A stretch of 64,000 bases of DNA, taken from assembly GCA_964408285.1 (NCBI GenBank), contig CAYOYV010000005.1, positions 32,001 to 96,000 of the forward strand, given 5' to 3'. Below are positions 39,422-47,353 of the stretch, in pieces. The number at the start of each line of letters is the position of its first letter. The stretch's first letter is position 1. Source of the DNA: an uncultured Nitrososphaerota archaeon. Its GTDB lineage: Archaea > Thermoproteota > EX4484-205 > JAAOZO01. Under the pieces are notes generated by a model, which saw only the letters and a program-made list of their open reading frames with translations, had not been told where the DNA came from and did not search any database. A program made the position numbers and the translations under genes.

Positions 39422-40154
39422 CGTCAAGCAACATCATAAGGACGAATCCAGCGATAAGGCCCAAGGTTACATCCTTTCCCCTCCCAGTGGAATGGCTTTC
39501 GGGTATCATTTCCGCCCCAATGACATAGATCATGGCACCCGCCGCAAAGGCCATCATCACAGGCAATAGAAAGTGAAAAAGCGTTACCAGAGCGGCACTT
39601 ATGATGCCCCCTATTGGTTCCACGAGCCCTGAGGCAAACCCATAGATTATCGACTTTTTCTTGTCGTATCCCAGTTTCAGCAGAGGAAACGAGACGGATA
39701 AGCCCTCAGGTATGTTCTGTAATCCAATTCCGATGGCAAGCGGAATTGCATACTGCAGATTTTCCCCTGCGAAGGCCACTCCTACGGACATGCCTTCAGG
39801 GAAATTATGTATTGTGATGGCTAGGATAATCAGCCAGAATCTTGTGATTCTGCTTGCATAACCCTCCTGTCCACCGACGAAATGCTCATGGGGAACGAAT
39901 CTATCTGCCACGAACATGAAGAGAGCTCCAGAGACGAATCCTGCACTGGCCCAATAGATGCTCCCTTTCTCTATCGATGGAAGCAGCAAGCTGAAGAAAG
40001 AGGCAGACATCATTATCCCGGCCGATACACCTAGCATTATGTCCAGCTCAAATTCGCTGAAATCTGATTTGACAAGTAGAATCATTGACCCTATTCCAGT
40101 CGCAGCTCCTGCGAGAAGGCTCCCGACAAAACCCATGAATATGGTGTCGAACAA
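39411..40154 (-). CDS. ZIP family metal (zinc) transporter, ZupT/GufA-like
   Basis: FVPHEH, ITIHNFPEG, QNIPEG, SGLVEP, AFAAGAM and EMIPE. Confidence 0.92.
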   Translation of the reverse strand: MFDTIFMGFVGSLLAGAATGIGSMILLVKSDFSEFELDIMLGVSAGIMMSASFFSLLLPSIEKGSIYWASAGFVSGALFMFVADRFVPHEHFVGGQEGYASRITRFWLIILAITIHNFPEGMSVGVAFAGENLQYAIPLAIGIGLQNIPEGLSVSFPLLKLGYDKKKSIIYGFASGLVEPIGGIISAALVTLFHFLLPVMMAFAAGAMIYVIGAEMIPESHSTGRGKDVTLGLIAGFVLMMLLDVIL

Positions 40155-40286
40155 TTGAGTTCCCGTTCATTTGCCTTGCCCTATTTAACCTCTACTTGAT
40201 CGGATTGCCGAATTCTTGCGCAAGAAGCACCACCAGAATATGACGGGCCAAGGCTTCGCGCTAGATTCTCACCCGACACCTTTGAT

Positions 40287-41546
40287 TCAGATCGCGCGCT
40301 GAAGCAGATTGGACCAAGCTTCGCCGAATAGATTCCTCAGATTCTCCCATCCATCAGACCTATCAACGCAAACGTCAGCAAACACCGTGACTCCTTGGAC
40401 CCCTCCGCGCATTGCCTCTTTGACTGATTCGGCCCACTCAGAACCTTGCATGTTGCCGGCAGTCGAGATGGACCGGCCAACGCAAGGCAATACAGAGGGC
40501 TTGCCATTCCATGCCTTGACCTGCTCGAAGATGTTACTCGATATATCCCTGATCCATCTAATGGGCATTCCACTGTCCCTGTGATACAACATCGGGCAGA
40601 TCTTATCCACAGGACCCCGCTGTACCCAATCTGCCCAATCTACGCCCATGGCTTGCTTGTTCCACTCCAGACTTGATGGAACATTAGCAGACAATATGAC
40701 CCTAGGATTTGCTTTCACAATCACATCTCTTACCTCAGACAAGAAGTCGGAGGTGGTTTTTGCCCTCCAGTTGATCCATTCATTGCGGAGAGAGCCACCC
40801 ACAAGTGTATCTCAAGGGCAATCACGTACGGACCTGTCTAGATAGACTTCCAAAGATCTCTTTGCGTTTTCGCTGAAGTCCGCCTCAATACCTGGACGAA
40901 AGCCTAAGTCATCCTCTAGGTTTATGCCATCGACATCATATTCATCAACCAATTCGACTATGTAGGATTCAATATAATTTCTGGCATCTTCGCTAGCAGG
41001 TGATAGGTGATACCATCCATATGATGAAAATGAACCCTTCGATTGGTCCTCGCCCTTCTCGTTGCAAATTCCCCAATCCTGGTGCTCCAGTGTGACTTAA
41101 CGATTTGTCCTGAACCCCACCACGCAAGCCCACACTCCTGGATTGTTCTTGTGCGCTTCCTCAACGAGAAGCTTGAGAGAATCCTCATCCGTCTTCATAA
41201 GTGATCTGAAATCGTTCAGGAATTCCTCGTCATTTCTGACTGTATTGCTCCTAATAGTCCGCCAATCCCCCTGCATGAATGACAAATGGCAACACGACAT
41301 TGAAACCGCTGTCCCTGATTTTCGCAATGAGAGAGGTTAGATTCTTCGAACGCGACCTATCCGGGAAGTCATACATATACATGAATATGCCCTTCGTCTG
41401 GGCTTCGGAGGTTCCTCCTCTGTTGTAACGATCCGGACAGATAGACATGAGAATCCCAGTCTTATCCGTGCTAGAAGCGCTATGATCAGCGTCCGTCTTC
41501 CCCGCAGTACATTGTTCTTTTCCGAGGCCAATAAGGCAGAAATCAC
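40287..41546 (-). pseudogene. Decayed GHL10 (glycosyl hydrolase-like 10) gene
   Basis: The fragments DSGFNVVLPFV, LKLLVEEAHK, LSPASEDARNYIESYIVELVDEYDVDGINLE and VDWADWVQRGPVDKICPMLY are collinear. They are broken by frameshifts (~41395, ~41253) and in-frame stops TAA (41097-41099) and TGA (40812-40814). Confidence 0.78.
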
Positions 41547-41587
41547 CTAATGAGGAGAACTCAACGCGCCCGAAAGGTCTTGACACA

Positions 41588-42784
41588 TCATTCCCAGAAT
41601 GAAGCCGGAATGGGCTCAGGCTCTCCTTCGAGTTCAATGGCCACCACGGTGTCCGTGGGATCTGGTGGGGAACGTGGAAGATCCTTGATGAATAGCCGGT
41701 CTCGCATCTGTGAAAAAGGAAGGCTCTTGCCGGTTGCCAGCATATACGCTCGGACTACTCTGTTTCCAATCCCCGTGACGCACATCTCTTTGCCAGGCCA
41801 GAACATGACATGTACATAGACTCTTCCTTCTTTTGCTGTCACGTGCCCCAAATGGGCCTGACCGAAAGCTGATAAACCCGTGCCATAGATAGCATCACCA
41901 TTCCGCTTCATCCATCTGCCGACTGCTCTCAATCGCGATGCTTGGGCCGGATGTATCGTGCCATCGGCCTTTGGCCCAACATTCAAGAGGAAGTTGCCAT
42001 TCCCAGCTACACACCGAACCAGATTACGAACAAGTTGCGTTGGCGATTTCAGGTTCGGATCCCCTGGATGATATCCCCACCAGAGATCATCTAAAGTCAT
42101 GCAGGTTTCCCAAGGTCTTTGAGATGCCTGAATGTGTTGTTCTGGAGTTTCGTAGTCTCCAGGAATCCCCGAACGATTGTTCATTATGATGTCAGGCTGC
42201 AGATTTCTAACCATTGCGTTCAGTTCATTCGACCGCCATGCATTTCCATCGTGAGGCCATCCGCCATCATACCAGAGAATGTCTATCTTGCCGTACTGGC
42301 TCATAAGCTCCCGAACCTGGGAATGCACATATTCGACGAACACTTTCCATGCTTCTGGATCCTTTGTCGGCCCATCCCAATACGCCTTGTAACGCCAGTC
42401 GAGCAACGAATAGTAGAATCCGACTCTCATCCCGACCTCACGACATGCATCGACATATTCGGCCACGAAGTCTCGCTTCGCAGCCGTCTTGGCAGACGTG
42501 AAATCAGAAGCTTTACTATCCCACAGAGAGAATCCGTCATGGTGCCGTGTCGTCAGTACCATATATCGCATTCCCGCCTCTTCCGCCAATGATACCCATC
42601 TTTCTGCCTTGAACTTGCTTGGTCGAAATCTGTCCGCCAGACGCGCATATTCTGCCTTTGGAATCCTCTCGCAATACATGACCCACTCTCCTCGGGCAAG
42701 CAGAGCGTATAGCCCCCAATGAATGAACATCCCGAATCTTGCGTCAGTCCACCATTTCAGTCTAGGCGGTAACTCCTGGATCAT
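41588..42784 (-). CDS. Alpha-L-fucosidase (GH29), no signal peptide
   Basis: ARFGMFIHWGLY, VLTTRHHDGFSLW, FYYSLLDW, ILWYDG, NNR, WETCMT and LLNVGPKADG. Confidence 0.93.
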   Translation of the reverse strand: MIQELPPRLKWWTDARFGMFIHWGLYALLARGEWVMYCERIPKAEYARLADRFRPSKFKAERWVSLAEEAGMRYMVLTTRHHDGFSLWDSKASDFTSAKTAAKRDFVAEYVDACREVGMRVGFYYSLLDWRYKAYWDGPTKDPEAWKVFVEYVHSQVRELMSQYGKIDILWYDGGWPHDGNAWRSNELNAMVRNLQPDIIMNNRSGIPGDYETPEQHIQASQRPWETCMTLDDLWWGYHPGDPNLKSPTQLVRNLVRCVAGNGNFLLNVGPKADGTIHPAQASRLRAVGRWMKRNGDAIYGTGLSAFGQAHLGHVTAKEGRVYVHVMFWPGKEMCVTGIGNRVVRAYMLATGKSLPFSQMRDRLFIKDLPRSPPDPTDTVVAIELEGEPEPIPASFWE

Positions 42785-42829
42785 CGGCGTCTACATCTCC
42801 GTGGCCTTGTCCTGAGTATCGGAAATTAA

Positions 42830-43580
42830 ACCTTCGGGCAAGCATTGGCTGAGTTCTATAGGAGCAAGGGAAGGGTCGTGAAGACGGTGGAGAGCCCAAG
42901 GGACATGCAATTGCCGCCTGATATAACGCAATACTCCAAGGCCGCCGCCACGCCGTCCGAGATACACGACGTACTATTGCTTAGCAGACCTGACTATACC
43001 ATCTTCGATGAACTAAGGGCTGATTCGGATTTCGACCTCTTTTTAGACATGAGGCTAGCGGGCATAGGAATGGTGGGGGTTGTTCACGCTACGTCCGCCA
43101 TAGATGCTGTGCAGAGATTCGTCCACAGAGTAGATCCGGGGCTCGTCCCTTCAATCGCCGACACAATAGTCTTCCTTCAAGGCGGCTAGGTCGTTTCAGT
43201 TCATGTTCTCGAGACAACCGTCAAAATGCCGACAGGGCTTACCAGGACCGATCTCGCCAGGCCAACCGTCATGATGAGGAACATAATCACTGGCAGGGCT
43301 GAGTTTGAATTGTACGGCTTTGGTGAGAAGACATTTGTCGTTCCCATTAGAAAAAGACAGGATGCGAGGGATGAAAGGATATCGGCAGCCATAGAAGAGG
43401 TAATGGGCGAAAAGGCTAAGGACTATGTGGTTGATATTAAAGAAGCGAAGATGAGAGGGAGAGTGCCCCCACAATACATTAGGGAATTCTCTCGGAGAAT
43501 TCAGAAGAATCTCATGAGGGTTGGAAGGTGATTCAGGATGGCACTCGAGATCGAGCCACTCCGACAGCGGAACGAGGAGT
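42830..43580 (+). pseudogene. N-terminally truncated remnant of the archaeal PIN-domain ATPase (PINA/MJ1533 family)
   Basis: Begins mid-Walker A (TFGQALAEFY), followed by KTVESPRD, LLSRPDYTIFDE and DMRLAGIGMVGVVHA. An in-frame TAG at 43187-43189 is followed by VKMPTGL...DLARP...YGFGE, with a further TGA at 43529-43531. Confidence 0.85.
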
Positions 43581-43649
43581 TCAAGTGATCCAGCCGCAGG
43601 TGTTCCAGGTGTTAGAATTAAGAAAGCCCACTGGATGACGTGATGACAA

Positions 43650-44099
43650 ATGATTCCACCAAAGCTATCTTGGCTTGATATGCCCCTTCTGTCGGCGGTC
43701 TTTGTAATCCTCGTCCTTGTAGGTCTGACATATGGCAAAGGCGATACGCTTAAGGTCACGGCTTCAATTCAGCCTCTTTCAATAAGGCCAGGAACTCAAG
43801 CCAAGATAACTGCAACATTGAGGAATCTGGGAAACAGCCCAATCGAGCTGGAATTCCCTTCATCTAAAACATTCGATTTTGCCGTATCGGGACAAAATGG
43901 ACATTATCGATGGTCGACGGACAGATTCTTCCTAACCGTCATAACCAAGATCGCGCTAGCTCCGGGACAGGAAATCGACGCAACCTTCATTTGGACAGTT
44001 GATCTTCCCCCCGGAGATTACCGACTCAGAATATTCTTGGAACCGATTTCGGGTTCGAGGATCGAATCGGAGGCCGTTGATCTAGTAATAAGGGCTTAG
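43650..44099 (+). CDS. Exported/membrane-anchored BsuPI (intracellular proteinase inhibitor-like) domain protein
   Basis: N-terminal hydrophobic helix and LEFPSSKTFDFAV...YRWSTDRFFLTVITKIALAPGQ pattern. Confidence 0.7.
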   Translation: MIPPKLSWLDMPLLSAVFVILVLVGLTYGKGDTLKVTASIQPLSIRPGTQAKITATLRNLGNSPIELEFPSSKTFDFAVSGQNGHYRWSTDRFFLTVITKIALAPGQEIDATFIWTVDLPPGDYRLRIFLEPISGSRIESEAVDLVIRA

Positions 44100-45193
44100 C
44101 ACGGCCGGACTCGAACTCGAGCCGGGACGTATACCGGGAAAATAACGGTTATGCCTTCGATCCTACTTTCCATCGAAGAAGACTTGGAGCCATCGCTCCA
44201 ACCACTAAGTGTCATCAGTCCGTGTTCTGTCTCCACCATACTCATGGCCTTTACAACATGCGTTGATCCCGATTCCCACTCGAAGTAGTGGATTCCGGGT
44301 CTCAGCGGTTCACCGTCTACGAGAAGTGAGTCTTCATACAGGGACACAACGCAGATAAGGAAGAAGAGTTGAACTCTAACGGAGACGAACGCCCCTGATG
44401 GAGCATGAGTCCCATTTCCCAGATTCAACACCTCAATGCTCCAGTCCCCAGTCTCATCGAACCTTAGAGACTTCTGAAAGTGTCCCTCCCCATCAGCAGT
44501 GAGATCTATTTGTGAGGTCCTTCCTGAAGGACTCTTCAGATTCATCTGCATCCTCGCAGTTCCTGAGGGTGATGCGAAACCCTCTACAAGGAATGGTTCG
44601 CTCATGTTGATCTCGTGAGGCAAGTCAAGCAAAGTCACCTTTGTCAGGATCTTAATCGGCTTAGAAGTCCCAGGCTCCGGAGGAGGCAGAGGAGGCGTGC
44701 CTGTATCGTCATATCCACCGAAGTCTGTTGTCCAATAATAGCCATATGTGGAAGAGACATTGAAAGCGAGGCCTATTCCGATCACAACGAACGCCTCGAA
44801 GAGCATGTTCTCATTGTGACCTGATGAAGCCTTCCAAGCCTCGAAAACAGACTCAGCGGTGGAGAAGCCCGCAGCTATGTTTTCGCCCAGATATGTCTGA
44901 TAGGTGTAGCCCGCGTCCCTTATCCTTTGGTCAAATGTCCTGCCGTCCAGACTTGTGTGGCTGAAATAGTTGTGCATCGCCATGTCAAGACTGTGTCCCT
45001 GAGCAGCCATAGTCAAAGGGGAAGACAGCTTTAGAGGATTCCGACCTTGACTGATTCTGTATTGGTTCAGCAGATACAAGAATGTCTCCTTCTCGTCTTC
45101 AGCCCTGAGCAGATGGGCGTGTCTGGGCAGGACTGACGAAAGTACCAATATTGCCATGAGAAAAACGAGCTTCTTGCTGTGGGATCGATACAA
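44096..45193 (-). CDS. Secreted CAP (SCP-like) domain protein with Pro-rich linker and Ig-like domains
   Basis: Signal peptide, LNQYR...AAQGHSLDMA..YFSHTSLDG, GENIAAG, WKASSGHNENML, YWTTDFG and a PPLPPPEP linker. Confidence 0.88.
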   Translation of the reverse strand: MYRSHSKKLVFLMAILVLSSVLPRHAHLLRAEDEKETFLYLLNQYRISQGRNPLKLSSPLTMAAQGHSLDMAMHNYFSHTSLDGRTFDQRIRDAGYTYQTYLGENIAAGFSTAESVFEAWKASSGHNENMLFEAFVVIGIGLAFNVSSTYGYYWTTDFGGYDDTGTPPLPPPEPGTSKPIKILTKVTLLDLPHEINMSEPFLVEGFASPSGTARMQMNLKSPSGRTSQIDLTADGEGHFQKSLRFDETGDWSIEVLNLGNGTHAPSGAFVSVRVQLFFLICVVSLYEDSLLVDGEPLRPGIHYFEWESGSTHVVKAMSMVETEHGLMTLSGWSDGSKSSSMESRIEGITVIFPVYVPARVRVRPC

Positions 45194-45324
45194 CGAATCG
45201 CCATTCGTCTCTCAAGTCTAAAGATCTTGCAAGTAAGGAACTCCACATACAAACGAATCGCGAATGGCAGAAACCTCATGTTTAAATCACTCCCCGGGTG
45301 AAGCCAATCAGCGGTGCCATTTGA

Positions 45325-45519
45325 TTGAGAGAAAGAGCATGGGGAGTCCTCCTTCTTTTCATATCAGTACTGGCGATTGTGTCCTATTTCGTCATGATTC
45401 TGACTGGCCTCACATCCTTGGCCATACTGGTTGTTTCGACTTTTCTGGTTCTTGCTTTTTTTGGATTCACGGCTTGGGTGGGCCTATCAATCCTGACAAC
45501 GAAATGGCCCGAGGAGTGA
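45325..45519 (+). CDS. Small two-TM membrane protein
   Basis: Two hydrophobic helices, TTTAAA upstream (~45281), and only 7 bp before the next gene. Confidence 0.6.
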   Translation: MRERAWGVLLLFISVLAIVSYFVMILTGLTSLAILVVSTFLVLAFFGFTAWVGLSILTTKWPEE

Positions 45520-45526
45520 CCTGTAA

Positions 45527-46240
45527 ATGAAATCGAACACGAAGCTGGTTATTCTGGCGGGAGGAATCGGCAGAAGGTTGAGGCCATTCACACTGTATGT
45601 GCCTAAGCCAATGCTGCCGCTAGGTGACAAGCCAATTCTGAGCCACATAATCGATTGGGCTTCGCATGAGGGTCTTAAGGAGATAATAATAGCCACAGCC
45701 TACCTCGGAAAGATAATAGAGGACTATTTCGGTGACGGAAGAGACTATGGCATAGACATAAAGTACGCCAGGTCCAATAGGCCTCTTTCTTCGGGAGGAC
45801 AGCTTAAGACGGTGGAAGAAATGATAGAACGAACCTTCATTCTAAGCTATTCAGACATTGTGACCGATCTACACATAAATCCTCTGCTAGAATTCCACTC
45901 GAACAACAGATCCAAGGCTACGATCGTTGCCAGAAGGCACGAGATACCATTTAGGTTCGGCGAACTCAAGCTTGGTGAGCTCGGAAGGCTACAGGAATGG
46001 GAGGAAAAGCCGATCATATCGAGGCTCGTTAATGCAGGAATATTCGTTATGGAACCGGACATCTTCACCTTCATCGGGAAGAATGAGGCCGTATCGATGG
46101 ACATTGTGATAAGGAGAATGATGGCGAAAGACCTCCCCGTGTTCGTTTATGACTCATCCGCCAAATTCATAGACGTTGGAGATCAGGAGAGCTATGAGAA
46201 GGCAAACGAACACTATGTGAAGCTTCTCGAAGAGATCTGA
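45527..46240 (+). CDS. Sugar-1-phosphate nucleotidyltransferase
   Basis: ILAGGIGRRLRPFT..VPKPML, EEKP, VNAGIFV and IDVG. Confidence 0.9.
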   Translation: MKSNTKLVILAGGIGRRLRPFTLYVPKPMLPLGDKPILSHIIDWASHEGLKEIIIATAYLGKIIEDYFGDGRDYGIDIKYARSNRPLSSGGQLKTVEEMIERTFILSYSDIVTDLHINPLLEFHSNNRSKATIVARRHEIPFRFGELKLGELGRLQEWEEKPIISRLVNAGIFVMEPDIFTFIGKNEAVSMDIVIRRMMAKDLPVFVYDSSAKFIDVGDQESYEKANEHYVKLLEEI

Positions 46241-46300
46241 TCTGCTGTATTCTCGTTGATTGATTCGGCGTATCCTGAAGTAGGTCTCTGGGACCACGAT

Positions 46301-47182
46301 TCACTTGAGAATTCCATCCAGAGCTTTTGAATTCTCCTCTGCCAGTCTCCTTGCATCTTCGAATGTTGGGTTCCTTAATCCCGGCGTAAAACTGGGTGGG
46401 CATTCTACTATGAGATATCCGTCGTAGCGCACTCGCCTGAGGGCAGACACTGCTTCCTTCCAATCGACGTTTCCTTTTCCTATGTGCCTAAATGCCGATA
46501 TGTTGCCCACTGAGGAATCGAAGTCCTTGGCGTGAACCATCACTATGCGCCCTCCAAGCTCCTCTATCCAATGCAGAGGATGACCAATCTCGACTATATT
46601 GGCGAGATCCAGATAGGCTCCAACCTTCTTGCTCCCGATCTCTTCAACGAATTCCTTAAACTCCAAGGGGGAATACAGGAATCTATTCCAGACGTTCTCG
46701 ATGCCAATGGTAACATCGAACTTCTCGGCAGTCTCAACCATTTGCAATACTGATTCTTTCGAAAAGTCATACGTTTTCCTGTATGAGGTTGAGGCTTCCG
46801 AGACGCCCGGCACAACAAGCAGTACTTTCGCGCCCACGATACTGGCGAGCCTTAGAGCGTATTTGCCCATCGCGATGCCCGCTTCTCTTAATTTCTTGTC
46901 CCCGCTTCCCAGATTGAACTTCCAAAAGATACCCGTCGCAACGCTGGGGAGTTCAACGCCAGCAGATGCTGCCTCTACTTTGAACTGCGCCACCTGTTTC
47001 TCAGTCTCTTTCTTCGGGTCAAGGTTTTCCTCATCGAATGTCAGTTCTATCCCTTGGTACCCAATGCTCTTTGCTATTCTTACGACATCGCGAAACGAAG
47101 GCTGGCCCTTCCTGGCAGACCAATTCAGCGACCAAAGATTAAGCCCCTTCTTCATCTGTCCCTTCGAAGATACTCTCAACAT
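46301..47182 (-). CDS. Sugar phosphate isomerase/epimerase (TIM barrel; hexulose/L-ribulose-5-P epimerase-like)
   Basis: YQGIEL, LVVPG, IENVWNRFL.SP, YLDLAN, VHAKDF, GNVDW and YDGYLIVE. ATG 47155 is an alternative start. Confidence 0.85.
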   Translation of the reverse strand: MLRVSSKGQMKKGLNLWSLNWSARKGQPSFRDVVRIAKSIGYQGIELTFDEENLDPKKETEKQVAQFKVEAASAGVELPSVATGIFWKFNLGSGDKKLREAGIAMGKYALRLASIVGAKVLLVVPGVSEASTSYRKTYDFSKESVLQMVETAEKFDVTIGIENVWNRFLYSPLEFKEFVEEIGSKKVGAYLDLANIVEIGHPLHWIEELGGRIVMVHAKDFDSSVGNISAFRHIGKGNVDWKEAVSALRRVRYDGYLIVECPPSFTPGLRNPTFEDARRLAEENSKALDGILK

Positions 47183-47353
47183 TGGAAGATAACTTTTTCA
47201 TTGCGGGCTGGCATCACGCAATCGACGATACTTATGAATGGAAATCATTGCGCTTTGAAGACCATAAGTGCAAGAGATGTATAGGTTCAAGGATATCGGC
47301 CTATCTGGAATCCAAGGAAACTGTTATCTTCGAGAAACGGGCCAATCGGGACT

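Noticed and set aside
40812-40814. In-frame TGA in the GHL10-like frame as possible selenocysteine
   Set aside because: It is accompanied by a TAA stop and frameshifts, it is not a redox-site context, and no SECIS-like element was recognised.
43187-43189. In-frame TAG in the PINA-like frame as possible pyrrolysine or stop-codon readthrough
   Set aside because: The gene also lacks its 5' half and has a later TGA, and intact genes in the window use TAG as a normal stop. Decay is the simpler explanation.
43196-43759. 187-aa minus-strand ORF and other long antisense ORFs (e.g. 27716..28255, 46629..47192, 3380..3889)
   Set aside because: These are shadows of recognisable genes or pseudogenes on the opposite strand and have no motifs of their own.
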